Of a stretch of DNA of 64,000 nucleotides, positions 50,901-63,064 are shown in pieces (the stretch's first letter is position 1; every line of letters starts with the position of its first letter). The stretch lies in assembly GCA_964016885.1 (NCBI GenBank), contig OZ024741.1, forward strand, positions 315,270,001 through 315,334,000. Reading direction: 5' to 3'. This stretch comes from Eledone cirrhosa (lineage: Eukaryota). A program made the translations under genes and the position numbers. The notes below the pieces were generated by a model. That model saw nothing but the letters and a program-made list of their open reading frames with translations. It was not told the DNA's origin and did no database searches.

Positions 50901-53900
50901 AGCCTACAGAGACCGGATTAGCGTATTAGTTAAGTGGGCGTTGACGGGAGCGGTCGTCAACAACAGGTGGTGGTTCATCCTGAAAAGTGCAATTAAAGGA
51001 GAGTCGATTAGGTTTAGCAAAGGAGTAGTGATAGAGGAAAATAGAGTAGAGGGAGAGCTAGTCAGAAAGCTAGAAGAGGCGTTTAGGACAGGCATCGCAA
51101 CCGACGTGCTTGCTGCGAGATTGGCACTCGACCAATTCTTCAAAGCAAAATACGAAGGCTATGTTGTCAGAGCTAGAGCGCGTGCTCTGAAATACGAGGG
51201 GACAAAAGCCGTCCAATGGGCCCGGATGGCAGAGGCGCGACGTGGCAACAAAGCCACAATTCGGTCTTTGTCTGACCAAAACGGGTGCGTGATGCTCGAA
51301 CCCGAGCGGATGTGTGAAACTTTTCAGCAGCACTTTGCTGAACTGTTCGGGAGCAGCGGCGGCCCGGATCAGGGAATGGACTTCAGTGCATACCTCGACG
51401 GACTACCTCGGCTCTCGACGACCTCAGCAGAGTGTTGCGATAAGCCAATAACAGCCGGTGAAATACGGGAAGCGATGGCTAACTGCACGAGGGGTTAATC
51501 GCGAGGTTTAGATGGTCTGCTCTACGAGCTTTATGCATTTATGCCAGACTTATTCGGTAACCCCTTGGCAGACGTCTACTGCAATTGGCAGCAGAACGGG
51601 AGCATTCCCAGTTTTGTGAGCCGGGGAGCGGTGGCGCTGCTGAGAAAAGACCCGAACAAGGGGGATGTTATCGATAATTTCAGGTCCATAACCCTGCTAA
51701 ACGCAGAGTTCAAGATTGTGGCCAAGGTGTTAGCAACGAGGTTGGCGCTTGTCGTCAAGGCTCTGGTGGGTGAGGCGCAGACATGCGCCATTCAGGACAG
51801 ATCCATACACGACAACCTCCACCTCATGCGATACATCATAGAGAGGGTGGTTAAGGAACCTAGCACGGGTGGGGCCCTGATCAACTTGGATCAATCCAAA
51901 GTATTCGATAGGGTCGTCGGTTTCGGGCCCGTTTTCAGGGGTTGTATCGCAGCGATGTACAGTGACATCTGCTCAGTTGTGAGGGTGAACGGTCGCCTGT
52001 CGCAGCCGTTCAGCATCATGCGCTCAGTCCGCCAGGGTTGTCCCATCTCGTCCCTCTTGTACGTATTAGCTCTCTAGCCGTTACTGCACAAACTGGGGGC
52101 GATGAGGGGCGTCCCACGCAAACTAGGATGCGGGAAATCCGTCATCTGCTACCACCTCAGCGTCGTCCCTTGCTCCGGCCGAACTCTCACCAACATGGAG
52201 CGCTTCCTCTTCCTCTTTTTACTTTGCATTCTTCCTTGTAAATATGGTGTTTCAGCCACGTCGTTTTGAGGACCTGCTCTTGCGCAGCCATTAGCATTCT
52301 TTCTGTAGCCTTTTTAAGGTCTCCTATTTTCAACCAGTTCCATGTCTGTGGATCTCTGAATTCAGTTTTCTCAAAGAAGGTACTATGAAGGGATTTTTCA
52401 TGAAGGTTGCTCTTTCTCCTTGTTGTTATTTCCTCCTTGGACATCCCCTGGTCTATTGTCCTCTCCTTCAGTACAATTCTGAGCATTGGCTCCCTACTAT
52501 CAGTCACGTATTTGTGTAGGTTGTTTTTCTCCATCTGAACACAGTCCTCTATGCTGATAAGACCTCTTCCACCTTCAGATCTCCTTAAGTAGAGTCTATC
52601 GACATCACTCCCCTTGTGGAACATGTTGTAGATAGTCAATAGCTTCCTAGTCTTCCTATCCATTTCATATTGTTCAGCAACATTCCATCTGAGAATTCCC
52701 GCACTGTACCTAATAATAGACACAGATCGGGAATTTACTGCACTTATGGCATTCCTACTGTTCAGATGTGATTTTAATACGCTCCTTATTCTCCGAATGT
52801 ATTCACATCTGAACAATTCCTTCATTTTTTTGTTCTTGATGTCATCAGCCTCCAGAACACCAAAATACTTGTATCCTTCTTCACTGTCAATTTCCTTTAT
52901 ACGACATCTCCACCTCTTCCTCGACCGTGAACAGGTGTGGTCGCCGTTCGCCAGTCACGTTTTCCCACAGCTCGTCTCCTTGACGGAGCTGCAGTCCTGG
53001 GTCAGAAAAAGACCGAGGGATAGCGCTTGGAAACTGGAATGTCTCCAGGCGCTCACTGCCCTCTGCCAGCTGGGCACCAGTATAGGTGACACATCCACCT
53101 CGGCGTTCTATAGAGGACTAGTGGAGGGGAAGTGCGACGACGTTTTGAGAGAGAACCTGGGCGTCGAAGAAGATCAGCTGTTTGATCTCTTCCGGAGAAC
53201 GTTCAGCCCAGCGCCTATGGATAACTTCCAAAAATACCTGGCCTGGCAGTGCTATCGGGGAGCGCTGCCGGTTCGAGATAAGCTCTTACAGGCACGGAAG
53301 TGCCGTCAGCCGAGCTTGTCCGAGATGCGCGCAGAGCGACGAAACCGGCGTGCACGCACTCGTTCAGTGCCCGAGCATTGCTAACTTGTGGAGCTATGTC
53401 GAACAGTTTCTGTCGCGTGTAGGACTGATCCGGTTATCGACTGAGTCCATTGTGCAGATGGTCTCGCCGTCTTCCTTTGAGGAGGAAGGGCAGGCGGTTT
53501 TCATCTGCCTGGTGGCCATGGCGAAAGAGATTGTGTGGTGGACAAGGTTGAAAGGGTTAAAGACAGCCACTTTCCTCTTCAGCGAATCCCTAATTAACTT
53601 TTTCAAGTTTCACTTGAAGAGGAAAATCAGGGTGGAGAGGCAAGTGCTGCCTTCTAGCAAATTTGTTGAAAGGTGGGAGAATGTAGCGAGAATTGTCCGA
53701 GTGAACGGGACCGCTCTGAATATACGTCTATAGTTTGAGAAATGGAAAGATTGATAGAGGGCGCTTGCCCTGGTGCTAAGGGTGGGGCCCTGGTCTTTTG
53801 TGTGGTTTTCGCAACGAGTAACCCTCGGAGGTTTCCGCCCTATTAGGGAATTTTTCATCGTTTCAATTTTCATTTTTATAGTTTATATATATATATGTAT

Positions 53901-54056
53901 CTATGTCCTTATTTTCTTTTCTATTATAAATATTTACACGCACAAAACCCACATCGTACCGTCCCGTACCGTCCTGTGCCGTCTGTAATGTTTTTCTTGA
54001 TGTCAGCCATTGTGGCCAATAAAGAAATCATTATTATTATTATTATCATTATTATT
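47964..54056 (+). mobile_element. Tx1-type L1, near full-length, degenerate, interrupted by a Dong fragment
   Basis: The 5' end GGTCTAATCGGACGTC directly follows the previous (ATT)n tail. ORF2 starts MVVLRIGS at 50131, RT at 51541-52077, zf-RVT at 53182-53733, tail at 54030-54056. Confidence 0.92.
52228..52900 (-). mobile_element. Internal R4/Dong fragment lacking both termini, embedded in Tx1 ORF2
   Basis: ORF 52187-52825 is highly similar to the first 200 aa of ORF 8427-9509. No tail or TSD. Confidence 0.9.
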
Positions 54057-54415
54057 GTTTTTGAGTCTCAATCATTGATGTTAGTTAACTGGAAAGTTTG
54101 TTGAAATGAATATCAAGCCACTACCTGCAGCCTCAGATATCCAGGACGTATCGGAGGGTTCTTGCTGTTCCCAGCAAGCATGCCTTTTGAAGCGTTCCAA
54201 AAAGCGTGGCGGGGCCAATTTTCTTTAACCATCCATGGAAACCTTTTGAGATAGTACCTAGTGCGCCTATGACAATCGGGACCAATTTGACTTCATGGCA
54301 GTTCCAAATTATTTTTACCTCCCACTTTAAGTCCTGGTATAGGTTAATTTTCTCCCTCTCCTTCTCTTGCACTCTCGTGTCGAATGGGCAGGCCACATAC
54401 ACAATCAGGCACGAT
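54057..54415 (-). mobile_element. R4/Dong 3' terminal fragment flanked by (ATT)n on both sides
   Basis: VACPFDTRVQEKE...LRYVLDI* plus 3' UTR. ATT tracts at 54030-54056 and 54416-54426. Confidence 0.9.
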
Positions 54416-54426
54416 ATTATTATTAT

Positions 54427-55417
54427 CCTGGGTCAAGCGAAGACCGAGAGGGAGCGCTTGGAGACTGGAATGTCTTCAGGCGCTCACAGCCCTCGACCAA
54501 TCGTACAATGTGATCGGTGGAAACTCCACCTTGGCCTTCTATAGAGGATTAGTGGAGGATTAGTGGAGGGGAAGAGCGACGACGTACTTGGAGAAACTCT
54601 AGGCGTCGACGAAAATCAACTAGCCAATCTCTTCGGAAGGACTTTCGGGCCGGGGCCTATGGACAACTTCCAGAAATCCCTGGCCTGGCAGTGCTACCGG
54701 TGAGCTTTGCCAGTTCGGGATAAACTCTACAGGCATGGAGGTGCCGTCAACCGGGCATGTCCGAGATGCGTGCAGGGCGACGAAACCGTCCTGCACGCAC
54801 TCGTCCAGTGTCCGAGCATTGCTGACTTGTGGGTTTATGTCGAACACCTGCTGTCGCGTGTAGGACGGATCCAGCTATCAGCTGAGGCCATCGTGAGGAT
54901 TGCCCCGCCCTCTTCCTTTAGCCGGGAAGGGCAGGCAGTTTTTATATGTCTGGTGGCGATGGCGAAAGAGATAGTATGGTGGACACGTTTGAAAGGGCTG
55001 AAGACGAGCACTTACATCTTCGGTGATGCCCTGATTAACTTTTTCAAATTTCATTTGAAAAGGAAAATCAGGGTAGGGAGGGAAGTGCTCTCTTCCCAGC
55101 ATTTTGTTGAAAGATGGGTGAGAGAAGCAAGTATGGCCCGAGTAAATGGGCCTACTCTGAGTATGTGTCTGTAAATTAAAGGTGGAAAACTGGGAGAGGG
55201 CACTTGCCCTGGTGGTCAGGGTCACTCTGGTCTTTTAATAGGCTTTGTCCACAAATGTCCCTCGGAAGTCTCCCCCCTATTGGGGAATTTTTCTTTGTTA
55301 TTTTATTACATCCTCTGTTTTTTTTACACGCAGAAATGCCGATTTGTACCGTCCTGTATTGTCCTGTACTGTCCTTAATGTCTACTTTATGTAAACCCTT
55401 GTGATTAATAAATAAAA

Positions 55418-55463
<46 letters not shown>
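54427..55463 (+). mobile_element. Tx1-type L1, 5'-truncated, (ATT)15 tail
   Basis: zf-RVT ORF 54707-55174. Closely similar to 9704-10700. Confidence 0.9.
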
Positions 55464-56068
55464 GTGCTGAATTTCTCGAGTTGATTTTTCATGTGTTCAT
55501 TGAGATTTTATACAGAATATTATACATTGTCGAGTAGCTAAGGAACCACTCTTTCAAGGGAGGTACCTTTTTAACCATATCTCGCGCCTTTAATTGCAGA
55601 ATTCGTGTTTATTTACAATCACACCCCTTAATTTTTTGTTTGAAAAAAACATGGTGGATGGAAAAATCAACAGGGAAGAACAACGGTTGTTCAGAAAGTG
55701 GAACAGTCGATTTTGTCCAATCGCAAGGTAGAAACAACAACAGAAACACTAGCAGCTACAGTGCCAGTTGCATCGAGAACAATAGCAGCAGCAGCAACGG
55801 TGGCAGTAGCAGTGACAACAGCAACAGCAGCCACTTGAACAGTAGCAGCAGAAACAGCACCAACAACAAGGATTTTAAAATTATCAGCAGCAGCACAGCG
55901 CCAGACTATTACGAAAAGTTTCAGTCGCTAGAGAAATCAACAATCACCAGCGGCACCGACATCTTAATAACAACAGCTGCAACATCCACAAAGAACCCAA
56001 ATACCGTAACAGCAGCAACACAGAAGAAAAAACTAACAAGACAACGGCCACCACCAACAACAACAACA

Positions 56069-56134
<66 letters not shown>

Positions 56135-57527
56135 CGACCACATCAACAGCAGCACTAACACCACCACCAACAACAACAACACCTGCGCAAAACCCAATGT
56201 ATCTTTTGCTAAAGCGGCTAATAAAAACGAAAAAATTGAGGTAAGCCGGAAAGAACTGAATGATGCAAAGCGAGTGGTAAAAACAAATGGTTACTCCCCC
56301 ATCAAATACCATGCAACATCGGCGCCTATGTACTGTATCTTTTCGCACGATTAATATAAAAACACACCGAGTGGAGCGGGCATACGGGGCCGAGATCCAA
56401 AAAGCTTTGGGACATGAGTGGGCTCAAAAAACCCTCATCAAACGTGGACAAATATATGGTACAGTGGACTTGTTCTTTGGAAGCCCACAGCAAGCAAGAG
56501 AGCCCTCTATGGCCACATTAAAAAGTGACGAGTTCATACTCGTCCCAATCTACTTTGGTCAGAGGCTGGTAAGAGTCAGGTTGACCAGGTTCCGCCGGAG
56601 AGGGAACCCACCGAAAGGCCTGCTGCCCTCAGGGGATTGCTAAAAAATTAAGGACACCTCTCTTGCCCATCCTACTGACTCAACCAGCAAAACCAGCAGC
56701 AGCAACTGTAGCAGCAACGGGAGTAGCAATTGTAGCAACAACAGTAACAAGACCAACACCACCAACACCAGAAGTAGCATCAGCGCCTTCACCATTCACC
56801 ACGCCACAAACAACACCAACGCCTCTGGAGGACATTCCGCTCCCCGACCTCTCACAACTGGAGACCGATTGGGACGAGAAGGAGGGGTGGGAAATTGTAT
56901 CTGTAAAAAAAGGAAAGAATCCTCTTTTTCGTCCTCCAAAAAAGTAGACGACGAAACAAACAAACAAACAAAAAACTACGCCACCACACCAGCATCACCA
57001 GCCCCATTACCACACATACCAACACCATCACCATCGTCCACCCCGACACGATAAAAAGACCCACAACAAACGCAAACACCACAAAGTACCCAAACTGAAA
57101 CTGAAACACATTACACAGCATTAAACTTTAACAATAAGCAATTATTACACTATATCCAACACAACACCAGAATCTGCCTGTTTATGCCCCAAAAGGGGCA
57201 GGGCGGCCTGGCGACCTTCCTAGGAACCTCCCACTCTTAATGTTAGTGGGTAATTGGAAAGGGATCTTGGGTGCGCTCTGGTATTGTGTAGGAATAGCGG
57301 ATAGGGGAGGAGGGTGTAAAAGCGTCACAAACCTACTCAGACGTTTCCAACTGTCTGACAGGTACCAACTGGATTTCCCGAATGTGCCAATGTGGACATT
57401 GACAAACCGCATCGGGTCATCCAGATCGTATCTAGATAGAATATTTGTGAGGAAATAGATAATTCTAGCATAGGTTGTCTATAATTCAAAATAGTCGACT
57501 ACACAGACCACAAATTCGTGACCTATG
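55464..57527 (+). mobile_element. Tx1-type L1 5' portion (ORF1 type A with (CAA)n, internal deletions, ends in APE)
   Basis: HRRLCTVSFRTIN...EIQKALGHEWAQK (56287-56643). APE remnant at 57190-57527 ends at YTDHKFV. Confidence 0.85.
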
Positions 57528-58535
57528 TTTCTTTTGTTGTGTTTGCGATGTTGATGTTTGTGGTGATGCTAGTGGTGGTGGTGGTGGTGGTGGTGGTGTG
57601 GTTGTAGGTGGTGATGGTGGTAGCGTTGCTGCGTGTCGCCTTGCAGCCTTTACCCCTCTTTGTTTGCCTTCGCTTTTGGAGGGTGAAGTTAAGGGTTTTT
57701 TTCGTTTTTTGTTTATTGTGGCAGACCGTTTGCCACTTCACTCCCGCCTCATACTCCATGTCGGATTCCGTGACGTCTTGGAGGGGTATGAACTCTACTG
57801 CAGTTAGTAGTGGTAGTGGAGCCCGCTCAGACGATTTTGCCGTCGGTGTAGCAACTGCGACTGTTGGTGTTGCCGCCACTGCTGCCGCTGTTTTAGTTGT
57901 CCGTGGCCTTGGTTTGGGTGCCACGGACGTTGCCCTCCTACTCACCATGAAAAGGTCTGCTGTCTCCATTGCCTGCCCTGCTCTTGGTAGTGGACCAGGC
58001 GTCGGAAGGAGGCGGCCCTCTTCTTGGATGTCTTTTGCGGCAGAAGGCCCTGTGGTGACCCTTTGATCCACAGAGATAGCACTTTTGGCGCCTTCCTTCC
58101 ACGCTTATAGGGAGCTGGAGTCCTTCCACGAGGTCTATGATATCTGGGATGGCCTCGATGCACTCTTGGTCAGTTTGTATTAAAATTTGCATACCTATAC
58201 CTGACCAGTTCTCTCTTCCCATTCTCTGTATTTGCAGTATGGTGGTCCTGTCCTCGATTCCAGCAAGTACAGACGCAGCCAGCCAAGGTATGGGCACATC
58301 GGGCGGGATCTGGATCACTTTGACCCTCACAATATTCTGCCCGCAGTAGGAGGGAACCAAGACTATCTCCTCATTCTTTAGGGTTTCCAAAGAGTGAGAC
58401 TTCGCCTCTCGGGGGGGGGGGGCAAAAGTAAGTCTACTGTGGCATACTTTTTGGCTCGGGTGATGTGGGTTTTTCGTGCCCAGATGCCCAGACTCACCCC
58501 AAGGCCTTTTGGATTTGAGCCTCCATGGCTCTCCA
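57528..58535 (-). mobile_element. Tx1 ORF1 type B internal fragment, opposite orientation
   Basis: ORF 57938-58390 contains PWLAASVLAG...CYLCGSKGHHRAFC. Confidence 0.85.
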
Positions 58536-58778
58536 TCCTATCAGCCGGGACTCAGAGGCGGAAAGCAGATTAGTTGGAAGGGGTGGATACTCGTTCGGAC
58601 GTCACTTTCTCACTATTTCAATATGTAGGATTGACTTTAATTCTAACATGAACTCTCAAACGAATATCTACTAGTGGTTAACACAGCTGGAGCGCACGAC
58701 GTCTCGTGACTTTGAATGCTAACGATAATTCCGTTAGCATCGTCATAATAAACGCCTCACCGACAAACTTTTTCTGCT

Positions 58779-58806
58779 TATATAAAACAGCTGCATTTCC
58801 TCACTT
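58779..58806 (+). promoter_or_regulatory. Candidate TATA box and initiator for the gene starting at 58834
   Basis: TATATAAAA at 58779-58787 and TCACTT at 58801-58806, in non-repeat and relatively CpG-rich sequence about 50 nt upstream of the ATG. Confidence 0.4.
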
Positions 58807-58833
58807 TCGATTTGAACTTTAACGCGACTTGCT

Positions 58834-58897
58834 ATGTCCTTCCTTTCTGTTACTGGATTTATTATATTATTAACATGGCAGTCAGCTTTAGCAGAAG
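58834..58897 (+). CDS. Probable first coding exon (signal peptide) of a secreted or membrane protein
   Basis: MSFLSVTGFIILLTWQSALAE followed by a strong AAG/GTAAGA donor, phase 1. Hydrophobic core and an A-L-A cleavage motif. Confidence 0.65.
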
Positions 58898-59360
58898 GTA
58901 AGATAATAACTAATTTGCCATCTTATTTGCACATTTATTTGCACATGCTTTATTTATTTGCCAGACCTCAAGTGTTTTTATCATTTATATTAATACCGTC
59001 ATCTTGTTACAATAATAGATGGAAATAACAAACTAAGTTGTCATTCGTTTCTCCTATTAATTCGTCTGAAGCTGCAACTATATATATGTATAACAGATTA
59101 AAGTTTAAGCAAAGTATCGCTTAACGGGATCTTATGAAACTAAAAGAAAATCAATCTTTCGAAACATGTTGCAACCGAAGGAAAACAGGAAGTTGATACT
59201 TTGGTTCGTAATGACGTTCCCTGGCAATGAACGGAAAAAAGCGAGGATAATACGTCGTTGCGTGGATCGAGGAGAACAATTTCACGCAAAGACAAAACCA
59301 CGTTTATGGTATAAATGGAGTCATTATACAAATATTCTATTTAGGAAACCGAATGATTCT

Positions 59361-59716
59361 TAGCAGAGGAGGGTGCTCTGAAAGTGTAGTAACCAGAGTT
59401 AAAACGGGATGGAAAAAGTTCAGAGAGCTAATACCGCTGTTGGCCACAAGCGGTTTTACTCTAAAAATGAAAGGCAAATTGTATGATGCATGGTAGTGAG
59501 ACTTGGGCATTGTGTGCTGAAGACCTGCGTAGATTAGAAAGAAATGAAACTTGCATGCTCCGATGGATGTGTAATAGTAATGTGCGCAAAAGGCGAAGTA
59601 TAAACGAATTAAGAGGGAGATTAAGCATAAGGACTATCAAATGTTGTGTTCTGGAGAGGAGATTGCATTGGTATAGATATGTGATGCGTATGAAGGACGA
59701 CAGCTGTATAAAAAAA
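59361..59716 (+). mobile_element. RTE-clade LINE fragment
   Basis: GGCSESVVTRVKTGWKKFRELIPLL...HGSETWAL...LERNETCMLRWMC...ERRLHWY. Confidence 0.82.
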
Positions 59717-59719
59717 GTG

Positions 59720-60031
59720 AGTCACCCAAGACTGTGCAGCGTGCCTTCAATGCAAAATTTGGAAAAAAAAGTCACCAACTGGCAAACAGTATCCTCAAGA
59801 TACGCCAAACCGTCATTCGAGGAATCTGGGTTTCCAAACTTGTTCTCCTTACGGACTTCTTGAGGCTTCGCAAGAGTATTTCACGAACTTGCTCGACCTT
59901 CTCTTCTGATGTTGATGATGGTCTTCCAGATCCTTTAGCCCTACATAAGCAGCCTTCCTCTTTAAACTTTTGGTACCAGGTCCAAATTTGTTTGCCAGTT
60001 GGTGACTTTTTTTCCAAATTTTGCATTGAAG
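59720..60031 (-). mobile_element. Tc1/mariner-type transposase N-terminal (HTH) fragment, rearranged
   Basis: The plus strand gives SPKTVQRAFNAKFGKK and the minus strand continues SPTGKQIWTWYQKFKEEGCLCRAKGSGRPS...VRRTSLETQIPRMTVWRILR. Confidence 0.75.
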
Positions 60032-60147
60032 TCATATTCCAAGACGCAAAACATTAAATATAAAATCTTGATCTGTTTCTATACATTCTGTGAAAAGTTG
60101 ATGTTATTTCAACAATAATTGCCAAAATTATTTGCCTGCGAAATGAT

Positions 60148-60313
60148 GTACTCATTTCTACAGCGGTACTCATTTCTACAGCTGAGTAAACTGGAGCTAC
60201 GTTAAATAAAGTGTCTTGCTCAAGGAAACAACACATCACCCGGTCCGAGAATTCAACTCACAACCTTTTGATTGCTAGCCCAATGCTCTAACCATTAAAC
60301 CATGCGCCTTCAC
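60148..60313 (-). mobile_element. tRNA-derived SINE (family 2), 5' part
   Basis: GAAGGCGCATGGTTTAATGGTTAGAGC...GAGTTGAATTCTCGG head, followed by CCTTGAGCAAGACACTTT...ACTCAGCTGTAGAAATGAGTAC. Confidence 0.7.
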
Positions 60314-60363
60314 TATATATATATATATGTATATATATGTATATATATATAGATATATATATA

Positions 60364-60433
<70 letters not shown>

Positions 60434-60438
60434 TAGAT

Positions 60439-61899
60439 AGATAATTTAATATATCTACTAACATAAGCGCACAGATGTACGCTAATGCCAGCAAATACAC
60501 AGGTTTTGTCATAGTACCTAGGTGGTTCAATGCAGGAGAATGCAGAACAATAATATATAAGACGTAAAATAAGAAAATTTAAAAAAAAAAATTTTTTTTT
60601 AAAAATTAACTTACTTACTTAAATTTTCACTCCAACTAATTAGTTTCTACAATGGGATAAAGACAGTTACGTAATGAACTGTTGAGAATTTCATTGCGTC
60701 ATCAGGGAGGTCATTCTCAGCCGAGTCTCCAGGCGATGCGCGGACACTGGGGACTCATATAAAAATAATAATAATTCGGCAACTGGAACAGCTATCGAGG
60801 ACTGGATTCCAGCCACTGATCATATGGCCGATTCTAAAGAATCAATCACGTGACACAGAGGCTAGTCAGTAGGAATGGGATGGTAAGATGACAGACGCCT
60901 ACTAACACCCCCAAAAAAAGTTTAGAAGTGGTTTTGGCAGGTTTGCTCGACAAATCAGTGATTTGGAGATAAATATAGATAATTTAATATATCTACTAAC
61001 ATAAGCGCACAGATGTACGCTAATGCCAGCAAATACACAGGTTATGTCATAGTACCTAGGTGGTTCAATGCAGGAGAATGCAGAACAATAATATATAAGA
61101 CGTAAAATAAGAACATTTCTTAAAAATATTTTTTTTTTTTAAATTAACTTACTTAAATTTTCACTCCAACTAATTAGTTTCTGCAATGGGATAAAGACAG
61201 TTACGTAATGAACTGTTGAGAATTTCATTGCGTCATCAGGGAGGTCATTCTCAGCCGAGTCTCCAGGCGATGCGCGGACACTGGGGACTCATATAAAAAT
61301 AATAATAATTCGGCAACTGGAACAGCTATCGAGGACTGGATTCCAGCCACTGAAAATTCTCACTGCCACTGATCATATGGCCGATTCTAAAGAATCAATC
61401 ACGTGACACAGAGGCTAGTCAGTAGGAATGGGATGGTAAGATGACAGACGCCTACTAACACCCCCCCAAAAAAAATTTAGATGTGGTTTTGGCAGGTTTG
61501 CTCGACAAATCAGTGATTTGGAGATAAATATAGATAATTTAATATATCTACTAACATAAGCGCACAGATGTACGCTAATGCCACCAAATACACAGGTTAT
61601 GTCATAGTACCTAGGTGGTTCAATGCAGGAGAATGCAGAACAATAATATATAAGACGTAAAATAATAAAATTTCTTAAAAAAAAATTTTTTTTTTAAATT
61701 AACTTACTTACTTAAATTTTCACTCCAAGTAATTAGTTTCTGCAATGGGATAAAGACAGTTACGCAATGAAATTCTCAACAGTTCATTACGTAACTGTAT
61801 TTATCCCATTGCAGAAACTAATTAGTTGGAGTGAAAATTTAAGTAAGTAAGTTAATTTTATTTTATTTTTTTTTTTAAAGAAATTTTCTTATTTTACGT

Positions 61900-61908
<9 letters not shown>
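60439..61908. repeat. Tandem repeat of an about 540-bp unit (about 2.4 copies) ending in a fold-back inversion, flanked by (TA)n
   Basis: Units start at 60439, 60977 and 61532. 61646-61771 is mirrored by 61783-61908. Confidence 0.92.
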
Positions 61909-61952
<44 letters not shown>

Positions 61953-61991
61953 AGTACTCTGGTGGGTTATGGTCCACCTGGTATTTTACCT

Positions 61992-62821
61992 AATCCACTT
62001 TGGAAAAAAGGATGCTCTGAAACTACCATACTCTCTTCCTTCGGGTGAAACTCTGGTGGCTTCCAATAACATCAGAGACCTGGGAGTAATTGTGGACAAC
62101 AATATAAGCTGGGCCACTCATATAAACACCAAAGTTGATATGGCCTGCAGAATGTGTTCCTGGATTCTCAGAATTTTCCAGTCGAGAGATTATCCACACT
62201 GTTGTCCTTCTCTTCTCCACTTTTGCCCGACCCCACCTTGAATACTGTTGTCCACTGTGGTCACCCCACACGAAACAAAGTATCATGAAAGTTGAAGCAC
62301 CCCAAAGGTCAATTACAAAAAAGTTAGTTGGCATCTCAGGCCTTGACTATTGGGGTCGATTAAAAAAGCTCAAACTTTATTCTCTTCAACGTCGCCGTGA
62401 ACGCAACATTATCTGTATGATGTGGAAAATATTCCATCAGCTTAGCCCAAATGATGTTGGCATCATCTTTAGTGTACAGCCAAGGCTTGGGCCCCGTGCT
62501 ATGCGCCCAGGATAAAAATCCCACTCGCATCACATAACAACAATACGGCACAATTATTTCACCTCAATTGGCCCTGCACTCTTTAACATTACACCAAAAC
62601 ACATCAAAGCAGAGACAAACCCCATCAAGTTCAAGAAGTCTTTGGATAAATTCCTTCAAAAAATCCCGGATAAGCCCCTTACACCCGGATATGCATCCGT
62701 AAACAATAACTCTCTGTTCGAGTGGGCCATGGTGCCCAAACACTGATTTGTAAGACTTCGCCAGGTGGTGCTATTAAGCTAGACATGGCCTGGGCCAATA
62801 CTGGCCGAAACTTATCAAAGT

Positions 62822-62822
<1 letters not shown>
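61992..62822 (+). mobile_element. CR1-group LINE 3' fragment
   Basis: IRDLGVIVD...RPHLEYCCPLWSP...YWGRLKKLKLYSLQRRRER, then FKKSLDKFL..IPDKP...NNSL. The 3' end runs into (TA)n. Confidence 0.88.
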
Positions 62823-62913
<91 letters not shown>

Positions 62914-62919
<6 letters not shown>

Positions 62920-63014
62920 GTACTCTGGTGGGTTATGGTCCACCTGGTATTTTACCTCACCATGTGTGTATGGCGTGTGTATTCACATATGCACGTGTAT
63001 GTATGTATATGTGC

Positions 63015-63064
<50 letters not shown>

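Noticed and set aside
47964-54056. Potentially active autonomous retrotransposon
   Set aside because: Every LINE and PLE copy in the window has stops, frameshifts, deletions or truncations.
60660-60720. CTGATGA...GAAA on the minus strand of the 540-bp tandem unit as a hammerhead
   Set aside because: No consistent stem I or valid cleavage triplet in any topology tried. With the long stem II the GAAA position reads GTAA.
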